Below are positions 39,490-52,711 of a stretch of DNA of 64,000 nucleotides, piece after piece. Position numbers and translations under genes: made by a program. The DNA is from Enoplolaimus lenunculus (lineage: Eukaryota): NCBI GenBank assembly GCA_030248215.1, contig JASANG010002792.1, positions 310,001-374,000 on the forward strand, in the 5' to 3' direction. How positions within the stretch are numbered: the stretch's first letter is position 1; each line of letters begins with the position of its first letter. The notes under the pieces were generated by a model. It was not told where the DNA came from and made no database searches. It saw nothing but the letters and a program-made list of their open reading frames with translations.

Positions 39490-42400
39490 TCATTTTGCAT
39501 GCGGTATCGGTGGATTTGGCACAGTAGTTGTATACAGTGCTGGCGCACGTCTTGGATCAATCTCACCGTTCGCTGGCGAGGTTGGTTTCCTCATTGAAAT
39601 TTTAATTTCAGAATTGATCATAATATTTCGAGATCGAGGGCCTGCGGTTTCGTCGCCACTAGCGCCAGACTGAGACGCAGGTAGCGCGGGTATGACAATA
39701 TTTTGTGGAATTGCGATCGTATGTTGAGGTTGTTGTTGTTGATGGGGCATTAGACCGCCTCCAAATAACGTCCCTTCTTCCACGGAACTTGGTCTAGTAT
39801 CGATAATGGGTTCAACACGATCGGAAGAAGCCCGGGTACCTGATGTTGCACGTGAACCGGCACTTGGATCGCGATGACGTAGCGGTTTTGCGACATGAAT
39901 ATCGCCACTGGCAGTGTCTTTTTTCTGGATTTCAGCAACAATTTTGTCGACGGGTTTGCCAATTTCTGATGAACTACAGCTGCACAATGAACATATGCTT
40001 TTTTCTGAAATACAAAATTGCTATTTGAATCCTTTTGATAAACCATGAGCGTCCACGTTAGCAAGCGTTTCCGGATCCTGCTATACAAATACTATAACGA
40101 CCCGAATAAGATGGGGAGACTGATATTTATTTTGTTTTTAGTAGGTTTCGCAACTATTGCGACTATTTTATGTTTTGTTTTCGTTTTGTGTTTTAATTCA
40201 CGACCAATTGTTGAAAGGTATATTAGGGAAGAGGTTTTTAAGTAAATAAAAAAATATATAAATATAATTTTTTAAAAAATATACAAAAAGGCCTGCAGTT
40301 TGAAAAAAATAAAAGGAGAATGATACTACTACTAGATTTTTTAGGATTTTTGAAATTTTTTATATAAAATAATAAGTGTGTTTACTGTATTCTCCAGAAA
40401 AATTATTGAAAAAAATATTAAAATTTTTTTTTATAAAATATTATTATTTATAAATTATTGGCTGAAATTTCTTGCATAGTTCGAAACTGGTTTGCGTTAC
40501 AGCATAGAGTAACGTTGGCTGATTACAGTTATTCTTCTTTCATTTGAATACCAATGAGTACGTTTTAATCTACAAATAATTATTTGACACCTAAGCCAAA
40601 AATACTTGTTCCAGCCGTCAGGTGAGCGTCTCATGTATAGAACAGGGCCGGATCGTTTTCCGGAGGTGTTGTAACAGAGTCAGTTTAAACTTTAGACTAA
40701 ATTTTTTGCTTAGGCTTAGGCTTAGAAATAAGCTCATCGTTACGCTTAGGCTTAGGTTTAGGAATATGCTTAATATACTACTGTTCCGGCCCTGTTCTAC
40801 ACATGGGATAGCTACGTGAGCCATACTTGCAGGCGGTAGTGGTAGGGGAACCTCAGACCCTAATAATTTTTACCAATTTGATTTTTGAAGAGCTGTTACG
40901 TTTTATAACTCTACGGTAATATCCATCTGTGTGCAGTAAAATTGTTCAGCACCAATCTACTGGTCTTTTTGATTAATTCAAATCTACGCATCACTTCAGC
41001 ACTTACCGGATACCGATTTGGCAGGGTGATGCTTCTTCGAGTGTCTACCAGTGCGACTATGACTACGACTGTCGTAGTTGTAGTCGTCCGGCAGATGTGT
41101 GGCCATAGCGTTGGCGGACGACGATCGCCCTCTTCGACGATAATATCGTCGTTCGCTATCGCTATCGCTGCCACGGCCATCGTCATCGCCACGTCGTCTA
41201 TGTCGATAATGTGACGGACGACGACGGTCTGTGACGGATCTTGAACGTGACTGACGTTTGTCGCGAGACACGTCGTCGTAGTAATCGCCGTCGACGTCAC
41301 GGCGATGGTGATGACGTTTATGATCGCTGCTTCGGCGACGATAAACGTCATCGTCGTTGTCGCGCGACCGGCGCTGGCGATTTTGATGCCGCCGACGTGA
41401 CTCACTACGACGATGTCGACTGCTGTCGTCATGATGACGCGACGAGGGACTACGATCATGTCTTTCACGATGGTCTCCGTGACGTTTTCGGCTATGATGA
41501 CGACGATGATGATGATGATCATGATGATCATGATGACGTTTGTGGTCACGATGACGTTGGTTCTCGTTTCGCGGCGATCTGCGATGCTTTTGCGTCGACT
41601 TGTTTACCTTTTTCGCTTGGGTGTCTTTGGCGTCGGTGTCTCCATGCTGTTGATACGTGATCTCGGCCCTTGGTAACGGATTAGCGTCAGTCTCGCCGCC
41701 GGTTGCCGAGTCTAAATCGCTTAACGCAAACTTGGGAACAATGACTTCGTCGGACTGAATAAGTTTATTTCGATCATCTGCTTGTTCTGCTTCGCTTGGC
41801 TGAAGCATCGTTGCCACATCTTGACCAGATGGTGGTCTTCGACCGCTTGTATCATTTCGAACACTCGAGCTTTCACTTGCGGTCGCTGGAAAAGTTGTTT
41901 CTTGCATTGACTGGGCACCGGGTTTCGCAGAACTGCCGGTGGTCCCAGGTTGCGACGTTTGAAATGCCGATCCGCCTGACATAGTGTAGCCCTGGTCAGG
42001 TGGCAGATTAACCTGAGTAATTGAACCCATTTTAACGGTCATATTTTGATCTAATGGCCCACGTACGGCGCCAGCTTGTTGCTCTCCAGCATTTTCCGTA
42101 GACTCGTCACCGAAAGCACTGTTTGTATATGTGTTGCCGTACTGATCGTAATAAAACACCTTATCAGGCACGGCAGTTTGTATTTTAGGTTCGTACGGTT
42201 GTACATGATCACCATAGTCAATATAAATCTGTCGGGTACCATCTGCACCTGTACCCTGCCCGCTGCTATAGCCAGCGCTGTAATCATACTGGCCACTAGA
42301 GCTATACGGGGTAAAATTGTATCGTTTCCCTTTTAGCCGGCCCGCTTTGAGCGCACGAAATCCCATCATAACTACTACAATACCGTAGCAATTAATCGCT

Positions 42401-43026
42401 GCAAACACCACCTGAACGGCAGTCAGCGCAGTCGGCGAGTCTTTATTGTTTCCTTCAGCCCACCATGTGACGCAATACGCCAGCGACGCAACAATATCAG
42501 CAGCAACAACAAAAAACCACGGCCAAATTAACCAACGAACATGACAATGAAATCCCCAAATCAATGCTACTGACGCGCACAGAACCGCGAAATCAAGCAC
42601 CAAATGAGTGATTTGTATTGCAAATATTGCCGTATAAAAGTAAACTTCAGGGCTTTTATAGCGTCGAATGTAGCGATCGGGCCAATCGCGGTCATACGAG
42701 CCAAACGGATTAGCAACGCTTGCAAGGCGTTCGCGTTTAGATTGAACCAAAGCTGTTTGCCAACCGAATAAGCATAGTTCAATAATCGCGAATATCAGCG
42801 TCCATACACCAACAATAATACAAGCTTCAAGCAACGGAATGCAACAGCAAGGATTACAAGGGTTGACAGACTCATTTCTAGGAGTCGGAGGCGCAGTGAA
42901 TTCGTGTTGTTTTTTAGTTCGTTTCGGGTCTCGGCTACTGCTTCGACGTTTCGGTTTTGGACGTTTTTTAGGTTCTGTTCCGCCTGATGCCGACGGCTTT
43001 TTACTCGCGATATTCTTGGAGGGCAT
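39490..43026 (-). CDS. Four-TM protein (LAPTM/DUF4728/pasiflora-like architecture) with a long disordered His/Arg/Asp-rich C-tail; 2 coding exons
   Basis: Exon 43026-41007 (donor G|GTAAGT, phase 1) joins exon 40004-39490 (TTTCAG acceptor, phase 1). A Cys cluster CNPCCC precedes TM1, there are four hydrophobic segments, and an LIWG...LIWPW motif is present. The family name is inferred from architecture only. Confidence 0.8.
40628..40809 (+). mobile_element. TTAGGC-bearing MITE (family A)
   Basis: TIRs CATGTATAGAACAGGGCCGGA / TCCGGCCCTGTTCTACACATG, with two internal CTTAGG tracts. Confidence 0.88.
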
Positions 43027-44496
43027 TCCGCTAATAGCAATTCAGTCAGATAAGCTGCTGAAATATTGAAAGGGTAACCTAATTATGGTCGTTGAATTTT
43101 GTTCATATTTTATTGCCTGTATAAATAGTTATAAGACGAGCTGAAAACAAGAATTATGCTCTAGATATGATCAAAGGTCGTCCGAGATGCCTTTGTAGGA
43201 AAGTATAATTTAAGTTGAAATAGAAGTTGTCAAATTAAACTTATATAAGAAATATTCCACTGTATTTTTTAGATTACTTTATGAGTTCAAAGTAAACGTT
43301 ATGAATAGCATCAATTGGACCCTTTTAATAGTTACCTCAAAGGCGCAAAATTGCTACCATGACTCTAACAAATATCAGACAGTTTCTAAACTTCTTATAT
43401 GGCGAATACAATCTGAGTTCTATTTGGACACGCTACCGTAATTCCATGTCACATATTCCAATAAAAGCCATTTTCGGCAAAGTCGATTAAAAAATACAAC
43501 TGCAAACCAAAAATTTTCATAGGAAAACACAACATAATACTTCTGCAAGATCTGAATTCATATATACTAACACAGCTACGGGTTAATTTCAATTAACCCG
43601 ACAAAAAGGTTTTATGAGTGTTGCTTTGTGCAAGAAATTGTATTGGTTACTGCCGCCGGAGCAAATAGCAAAACTATAAATTGGCTTAGAAGCCGGACCG
43701 GCACAGCGGCAGATGTGTGCTTATGTAGAATGTAAACGTGGTTCATAATTGTGTTCATTAAGATTGTGGTTCGACCTCAATGTTTCTCATCGAATGAATA
43801 CCGTCAGCTCGTGTTTGTCAAAAATATTTATTTTAAACAAAATCCCGGTTTCCTACAAAGTACAGTAGCGAGTGGAGGCTACTGAGGGATTCCCAAACTT
43901 TTTCAGGCTGGAAGCCTGCAACACAGTTGAAGATGTGGGATTTTTCAGCGACGGTCTGAGGTTTGCCGGCCCTCAGTCTTAAAAGCCAGACGCATCGCCA
44001 AAAAACTACGGCTATTTCTGTTTCAATATGGTTAGGGTGAGTGTCTAAACTGGGTGCCAGGGCGGCTGATGCTCCGAGCATATTTCTACACTTACCGTAG
44101 TCGTTAATAAATTCTTCTATTTTATTGACTGGCTGTGGTACTATACGTTATATATAGACTAATGGCCAGCTCAACATGCTTGGAGGGCCAAAATTATATG
44201 GCAGGCATTCGGTAAGTGTTACAGTAAAACTGAATAGAAATTTTCATAAATGGCTAAAATTTTTCCACGAAAGAAGCTGAGCTTGTTTGGCTCCTTTTTG
44301 CTGCGGGCCGAATTGTAAATACTTTCCTAAAGTATCGACTTAATACTAATATACAAGTGTAAATTTCAGATGAACCATTAAGAGACCGAATAAAAACAAG
44401 CTCATATTGAAAGTTTTCAAATGTTCTGATGTCGGAACCAATGTTCCGCTATACTTTACTGTGCTGGACAATTTAGCCTCATGCTAGATAAATTTT

Positions 44497-44707
44497 GTCT
44501 CATGTACAGAACAGGGGCGGAACGTTTTTCTGTGGGACTAGAAAAAAGCAAGCTTAAACTTCAGACTATTAATTTTTTTGCATGGCTTAGGCTTCGGCTT
44601 CGGCTTAAGAATAAACTCATTCTTACGCTTATGCTTAGGCTTAGGCTTAGGTTTAGGTTTAGGAATAAGCTTATAATACTGTTCCACCCCTGTTCTTTAC
44701 ATTGGCC
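44497..44707 (+). mobile_element. TTAGGC-bearing MITE (family A)
   Basis: TIRs CATGTACAGAACAGGGGCGGAAC / GTTCCACCCCTGTTCTTTACATTGGCC. Flanks TAAATTTT / AAAATTTT give a 7/8 TSD match. Confidence 0.85.
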
Positions 44708-45738
44708 AAAATTTTTAACCGTGCTTGTAAGTCATTGCATACCCTTATATGCTCCTCATGAAAAATTTCTAGTCTCCCTAGCAGCAAGATGAGCTGCCTA
44801 CGGGCTTGCACATACCTGGTCCAAAATTTACCAGAATATCACTATCGTCCTCCAACAAAATATACAAAAAAAACAAACTAAACCAAGCGTCTACAATATT
44901 GAAAATGTACACATCACCTGCGCATACAGTATATACAGTATATACGAATATATGCAGAAAACTAAATATAGTCGACTAGAAAACTATTCACAAAAACGAT
45001 ACACGTTCAATTTTCTGTGGCGAACGTGGCATATCGAAAGGCGAGTGCTGAGACACCCGCCCCCTCCCTAGTCCATAATCTTTTCGTTAGCCGGACTCGT
45101 TTTATTACTGAGTAACTGTTCACAATTTACCAATTTTATTTTAAGAACCAATATTTTCGTTGGTTTTTCTGATGCTGCCCCCCCACCAATGGACATTTTT
45201 GTTATATGCTACTGTGGGGGAAATATAATATCGCATATGCGTCGTTATTGTAGTATGTAGGGAATGCCTCGATTTGAGAAAAATAAACTGCCCTCCGTAC
45301 AACGATTATCGCATGATATAGTTACCATAATTTGAAATTTTAAAATACACAGCACAGATGAACATTGTTGTGTGATGTCATGATTATAGGGATCGTAGCT
45401 CTGTATAGTTGAATGATTTTAATCTTGAAACTTTATACTTTAGCTCGTTGATTAGCGAAATACTGTTGCGATTGCTACGGTAGGCCTCGATGAATTTGAA
45501 AAAATAACTATTTCCGATCAAATGAACAGTATTTAACAGCTATCAGCCATTGAAGTGATCCAGAATAAAAAATCGGTTGTATTGCTTCCTGAGATTTGAA
45601 AGTCAAATTCATAATTCGTCCTATTTGATGCGGTTTTATGGTTTGTTAAAACTAAACGCACAACTAAAATGAACAAATTCTATTTCTAAGTTTCATATTT
45701 CCATAAATTTTCCTTTGTCAGCACATCTAATTTAAGTC

Positions 45739-46280
45739 AAATCAAAAGGCTTTCGTCACGGAATGTAAGGCATTTGAAATTTCACAACGTGTTAACTCAA
45801 GATACACAGTTTATTATTTACACAACGTAACTTTTAGAATTTCATATGAAAGACGCGGCTGTTTTATTGACAACCGTATAGGCCAGTAGCTAGCTCATCT
45901 TGCTGACGGGGGGGCGAGAAACTTTTCAGGAGGACCATACAGGGGTGTCAATGATTTACAGACAAGTTTGTGTTTGAAAATTTTGTTGCAGGTGTCAAAA
46001 TTTCAGCCAAATTAAAAGGCATTTGTCACGGAGTGTAGGTTTTTTGAAATTTCATAACGTGCTAACACATCACACAGAGTTTATTATTTACACAACGTAA
46101 CTTTTACCATTTCATATGAAAGATGCGACTGTTTTATTAACAAAGGCCCGTAGCCAGATCCCTTGCTGGGGGGATGGCTAAAAATTTTCAGAAGGCGCGA
46201 ACAAGAGTTTTCAATGACTTACAACAAGTTTGAAAATTTTCTAGCTGGAGCCAAAACTTTCCAAGTGGGTGCTGATCCCC
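45739..46280. repeat. Diverged tandem duplication of about 270 bp
   Basis: AAAAGGC..TGTCACGGA.TGTA...GTTTATTATTTACACAACGTAACTTTTA..ATTTCATATGAAAGA occurs at about 45745 and 46015. Each is followed by the start of an AGGCC.GTAGC.AG MITE. Confidence 0.8.
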
Positions 46281-49200
46281 CTTGCACCCTAAGGCTACGG
46301 CCCGCAACAGTAGAAGGAAGAACGTTTCGTCAGATGAAATATGCTATTAATTGAACGGAGGCTGCGTTTCCGTTAATTTCGAGTGCTTTAAGCTTTGCAG
46401 CTAAATATCTGTGACCACTTAACATGAATTTGGGCACAGATCTGATTTAATGTTCTGTCAGTTGTTATAATATTGAAAATAAAATTCTCTTGATACTCGC
46501 ATAGAGGAAAGTAACTAACGGCAAAATTAACCATACATATATTAATGACATACATGTTTGCGGAGTAAATTGGCTGGATGACTTAAACAAGCAGCCCCTG
46601 AAAGTGTCAGAGAGACGGTGAGTATATGTTATATAATTGAACGAGAACAGGCTTTTACATTACAAATAGTGTGAAAGAATAATTACTCTGAAATTTTGTC
46701 ATATGTTGCAAAAATTTCGACTCTGGAAAATTTCCTGAAACAGAACCCATCTGCACCTCATATAAAAGTGCAAAAATTGTTCAAACGACTTTTACAATGT
46801 ACTATCGAACATATCAATTTTAAATTTGCGCAGATTGAAAAATTATATCGCAACTAAACATTTAAAGTTAAAAAGAGAAATGTTGCTAACAGTCTCAATA
46901 GTCTTATTGTCCATTAACTTAGCACATAAAAATCGCGATAAACAGACGCAATGTTTACAGTATGCATTTCGTCTGAGTAACTTTCAATAAAAGCTAGCCT
47001 CATGGAAAATAATCGCCATACTTTTGCTGCCAGTTTACTTGGGGTTGAAAAACCTACGCTCCCAGTAGGAAACGATCCCCAGTCTGGTCCCTCGGCAATA
47101 CCACCTCCTAAAACCCAGTGCGCCACAGCGGCTGCAGAAACTATCTAAAAAATTTTTAGCCCCCCTAGCAAGGTGAGCTGGCTACGGGCATGATTCCATT
47201 CGCGACACAGCACACAAGCATACAAATTAAAACGAAAAGAAAAAATGGCTGCTTATACCTGACAAAATTTAAACAACCAGGACAACCGTGATTATTTCTT
47301 ATATCCAAATTTGATTTTCGAAAAAATTCAATTTTTTAAATTGTAGCGTACGGTGATGGAAACGATATTCCCCTCTAAATTTTATATTTTCGCAAGCAGC
47401 AATGTAATTAAAAATACAACCGTACCTACATGTGGTGAAAGTACCCGAAATTCGCGTTTGAAGGCACGTTCGATTTGACGTCATAAAATGTTTTTAACTT
47501 CAAACAAAAAACCCGCACCCAAATTTACCTCTGGAACGCTGTTCTTCGCCGAAAATAAAATGTTAAAAAATATACAAATCAAATTAATACAAGCCCAAGG
47601 TGAACGCATTAATCATACTGAAGCACTGATGAAAAAAACCAAATATGCTCACGCTCATCTCAGTTAAGGCGACACTTAAGAATTTAGATAACAATTGCAA
47701 AACATTGCTGTAATGATATGTTGTAGTCTACTGTGCAAACTGCAGTCTAAGCGTTAAAACGTACAATACAACAACAACAACAACAGCAACAACGCTTTGC
47801 GTGCAAACACTTGTACCCATCCTTTTATAGTTCAGAGCTAAACTTTTGTAATTTTGCGTTTACAAAAAGAAAAACAAGGTTATTAAAATAGTGAATTGTC
47901 CCCCAGTCGAGTGTATGGGAAAATTTTTTGCTCAAACGCAACGCAACAACATTTTGGTCGATATATTTGTAAGCGTTAGTCTATCATGAAGCGACAACTG
48001 ATTTTTAGATACTATGATGGCAATAGTTAATTTATTAGCGCTCATTTGTTGCGGATCCTTTCCGATATCTCTCAGCGGCCGGCGTTTGAACGAATAACGG
48101 ATAAGGTAATCAGCAAAAATTTCTTCGGAGTAAAATCAGTTCTATCCAAAGGAAAGAATGTAAAAAGAAGGCTGTTGCGTCCAACTGGGGTGAATTAAAT
48201 ATCAATAACAAACCATTACCCAATAACATGTGGTCGTTTTCGGGAGGGAAATAAATAAATATGAATGCCGCCGTTTATATATTCGGGTCGCTATGGAATG
48301 TGCGAGGTTACTAGTTTACTAAGACACCAGCATGCCTCCAGGCTCGTAGCCAGCACGCCATGCTAGGGTGCTAAAATTTTTGAGGAGTGGCATTCAAGGG
48401 TTTTCAATGAGTTACAAGCAAGGTTGAAAATTTTCTAGGGTGGCCACAAATTTAGCAGGGGGGCTGAGCCCCACCTGTCCCCCCGTTGGCTAATGGCCCG
48501 TATGTTTCCTAACGCAACCTAAACCTATAAGTTATAATAGTTGGCCAACGTCCGAAAATTAAGAAAAACTGTAAGACAGGTCTTTTAAACTGATTTGTAG
48601 CAGCATCGCTCATTGTATTTTTATTTTTTAAAATAGTGTTTACCACCATTACTAGGAACAAACACTGCGTAATAGATTATTCCAATCAGGCGTTCAAACG
48701 CAACTAAGCACAAATCATAGTATGAAAAACTAAATAAATTGTTTCGAACCAGTCTAAAATAGCCAAACAGGTGCCAAACTAAATCAGCTATTAACCCTGA
48801 CATTAATTAAAATGTTAACTACAGACTCAAAAGCAGTTTCGGAAACTTTTACGCTGCATGCTTAGTACTTGTACATTTGTGGCGCTTTAAGTAAACACAC
48901 CGCCTACAATTGAGCACACCCCAGCTAAACGTCGAGAAGTTACGAGTTATCAAATAAAACGGCGTAGTTAAAGTCTCAGAATATTGCCTACAACGAGCCT
49001 AGTAGCAGTTTAAGCCATCGGGTAAACACGACTATTTCTGTGCGTGAGGCTGGATATGGTGGTCTTTGTGGTGTGTCATTGTGTACGCATACGTTTGTAT
49101 CATTCAGAATGGCAGAACAGGTTGTGTAAGGTGACACAGCAGAAATAATAATATTTAGACGCACGAAATGTTCTGTTTTACACGCTTGGGTTGAGAGTAT

Positions 49201-49777
49201 GAGCAATTTTGAATTGTACTGCAGAGTAAATGTGAAAATTACCTCAAAATAATTAGCTGAAATTTTCAATACTTTTACCATTTGGCTTTTGATTCACTAA
49301 TTTTTATTCACATGACCTCCGTCGTAGTTCTGGTGGTAAGTGAAATCTAAATCTAAGTCAGAAAACAATTCTGTGACCAGAAATTCTGTTGCTGGAGTAA
49401 AGGTCACATTAAAAGACTAAGCCAAATCGATGACCACAATCAGTTTTAGAGGCGGAACTGTAACCTGTACATAATCATTCCTTAAGTATAAGCCTCAGCG
49501 CAAAGATAAGTCTAAAACTCTAAACCGGAACAAAAAATTAGTCTAAACACCAACCCTGTTGAGACACGTGACAAAAACACGCCGCTAACCGTTAGCAGGG
49601 CCCAAATCATTAAACCACAAAATTAATTTGTGCTATATTCTATCAGAAGGCCACGGTAGCGTGCGCATATTTAAACCGTGAAACTGTAACAGTTGATATG
49701 TTTATCTCAAGCAGTAGAGGCCGCAGTTTCCTTGGAAACACATGAACCATTTGGGATACTAATGGCATAAATAGTTC

Positions 49778-49955
49778 GGCCCATGTATAGAACTGGGCCG
49801 GATTGTTCTCCGGCGGGCTAAAATAGAGTCATTTTAATCTTTAGACTAATTTTTTTGCTTAGGCTTAGGCTTAGGAATAGGCTTATCTATACGCTTAGGC
49901 TTAGGCTTAGGAATATGCTTATACTACTGTTCCGGCCCTGTTCTATACATAGGTC
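49778..49955 (+). mobile_element. TTAGGC-bearing MITE (family A), intact
   Basis: Ends GGCCCATGTATAGAACTGGGCCGGA / TCCGGCCCTGTTCTATACATAGGTC with a perfect 8-bp TSD AATAGTTC. Confidence 0.92.
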
Positions 49956-50773
49956 AATAGTTCTGCTGTATATTGATTTTTAACAAGTTTGTTTCCTAAC
50001 TGCAGGCGTTTTATAAACGTTTGAAAAGCAAAAATTTATAGAACAATTACGTAATGATTTTTGGTGCTTAACATTGCACAGGTGATAAAACGTTCACAAT
50101 ATCATGCGTACACAAGGTAACTTTTGAGGGTGTAGTATGTCGATGAACACTGAAGCCGAAAAGTTTCAGTGTCCGTCACACTATCCCCATCACACCTAGC
50201 GTAACGCATATTGTGGAAGTTGCATAAAATTGTTCATTTTGAACTTCAGCGTGTTCATGGTAAAAGGCAAAGTGTATTCTACATGAATAGTTTCGTAAAA
50301 TTACGCAAAACAGCGGTTTATTGGCAATTCTTCGAAATTTTCTATGTAAATTTGAAACTTGGAAAACCTGTTTCTCACTCCGATTTTATCCCAGGATAAA
50401 TTGGCCAGGTTAGTAAAAGCCGAACAACTACACATTTCGTTAAAAAAGCAGTTGTAATGCATCCAAACCCCTACTCCGTTCTCTACTGCCTTTGCTATGC
50501 CGGAAACAAACCTATTATGGGGCCAAAAGACTGCATAGACATTTACGCATGAAGTTTAAACATGAAAGTGATTGACAACCTAAAACTATTACCAACAATA
50601 CCTGCGTAGCCAAAGAATTAAATTATTCATGAGAACGAGGTGATTTTCAGTATTAATCACTTTATGAATGAGCTCATTCAAAGCACGTTCATGCGTAAAA
50701 TCTTCGAAAAGTTTGATGTCAATATCCAGAAATTGTTTCTGCGTTTACCCCTCATTTTAAACAAACTTATGTA

Positions 50774-51197
50774 CTGTAGTGACCCGAATAAGACGGGGGA
50801 CTGATATTTATTTGGCCTCTCCAGAGGGTATCCCCCTTGTTATTCGGTTACGAACTGTTCAGCCCTGCGCCACCCTTCCTTACTGATATATCCGGTATTG
50901 CAACTATCCGTTGAATTAAACGGTTTTTACCTTGCATTAAAAGCTTGAGCGATAATGCAGGGTTTATACTTGGGAATGTTCCTTCAAAATATAAGGAAGC
51001 TTTAAAGTTTTAAACTCAAATTATTTGGTCCTGAAGTCATTTATGCGCTACAATTAGGAATAATTGGCATTTATGGACTCTAGGGTTTAGGGACTATATC
51101 CGCTTATGGACTCTTATTAGGGATATAGACTCCTATTGATTGGGACTCAAAATGGGGACCCCCCTCTTATTACCCCCTCTTATTTGGGTCAATACAG
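50774..51197. mobile_element. Tc1/mariner-like MITE
   Basis: TA|CTGTAGTGACCCGAATAAG ... CTTATTTGGGTCAATACAG|TA. Confidence 0.88.
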
Positions 51198-51573
51198 TAC
51201 TGGCTAATATGGATGGGCATCGGATATCTTCATATCGAAATATCTGACAAATCTTGCCGGCTGCTTATTTGGATGTCGAGTGCTCATCTATAGTTAAGAC
51301 TTTACTGCGCAAACAATTTTTGGAAACAGCTGAAATAAGCTCATCTCTTGCAACCGTTTTGCGCAGCGTTTCGTAAAATGTTTGTCAAAAGGATACAACT
51401 GTGTTGCGAATACCATTATTAATTTCGCAGTGAAACAAAGCAGACATCCATTTTAGATGCGTAAAGAGAATGGAATTTTACGTTGGCAATTGACGTTTGC
51501 TTTTGTTCAGTTGACGTGGTACCTACCATCTGTATTTTTGAAACAGACGCGTTTTAAGCTAGAAACTATTGGA

Positions 51574-51974
51574 GGAGGTAGGTGCGAAATCTGGACACCC
51601 CTAGGAATGTAACAAAAGCTATCTATCCTATAGAGTTCAACGAGCTGATTCAGTGGTCCCACATTTTATGACTGCATGAGCAACGGTTCAAAAGTTATGG
51701 CCCTCGAAATTATAATGCAAACAGGCATAATGGACGAGAAAATATCTGTAATTTTCATGTTCGTAATTTATAAGCTTTACCAGGTCTATTCGTTTTACTA
51801 ATTTGGTTGCGTTTGTACATGTTCTATATAGTGAAAAGTTGAAGATTAAAGGGCCATAACTTTTGAACCGGGAGCCCAGCTGTCTTAAAAATTGTTCCGC
51901 TGAAATCAGCTCGTCGAAACCATTACCTAAATTGTTTTTGTTTAAATTCCTAGAGGGTCAAATTACGTACCTCC
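51574..51974. mobile_element. Foldback-type MITE with long (about 130 bp) imperfect inverted arms
   Basis: CCTAGGAAT..GAGCTGATTCAG..CGGTTCAAAAGTTATGGCCCT is mirrored by AGGGCCATAACTTTTGAACCG..CTGAAATCAGCTCG..ATTCCTAG. Confidence 0.8.
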
Positions 51975-52711
51975 GCCGAAAATATTGTGGTAAATGCATC
52001 AAGGGCTGCTGAATACTGCAGAAAAAGGAAGTCAAAAACAAATGAAAGCGCCATTTCTCTACGTGGTGTTTAACAGTATTATATAAGAGGGATTGACGTT
52101 AGAACCGGGGCAGGCAGGTCACGATTTATCCCATGTTAATTCAACGTCAATGTTAAAATAGGGGCTCTCATATCGGGTCAACAGACAAAACTAACCACTG
52201 CTCTCAAACTTTCAATGTGTACAACAGTGCGTGTAAAAGGGACAAAACATGAAAACATGTCCCAAGCTGCCCTGGTTATAACGTGAATCCCGCATTAGCT
52301 TAAATAATTTGCTGTTTGGACGCAAACACGAAACAAATACTGAACAAAATTTTGAAACAAAAATGTCGTATTTGACTAATCAAAAAGATCGTAATTTTTC
52401 TGTTAATACAATCGAAATGTGTAAATATTACATGCCCACCTAATATTTTGTAGACGAAGTTGTGGATGTACATAAAGTTAAAAATTTTATATTGGAAATT
52501 AATTTTAAATTTTCAATATTTTCATAAATTGAACGGATGACCGCTTTTACACCCTGTCCTCAACCATACCAAACGTATGCACACTTGGCCCACTCTGTAT
52601 CGGTCAAATATTAATTTTAATTGCTTACAACTCGCGACAGCATTTATTTTCATTGGAAACTTTGAATTAAAAGGTACAAATATTTTCACTTTTGATACTT
52701 TCACAACTTTT

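Noticed and set aside
40700..40765. True telomere or chromosome-fusion scar
   Set aside because: The TTAGGC tracts are short, enclosed by TIRs and not arranged head-to-head.
40911..41676. Alternative-frame and antisense ORFs with poly-I/T/M/D
   Set aside because: Shadows of the CAT/CGT/GAC-rich real frame.
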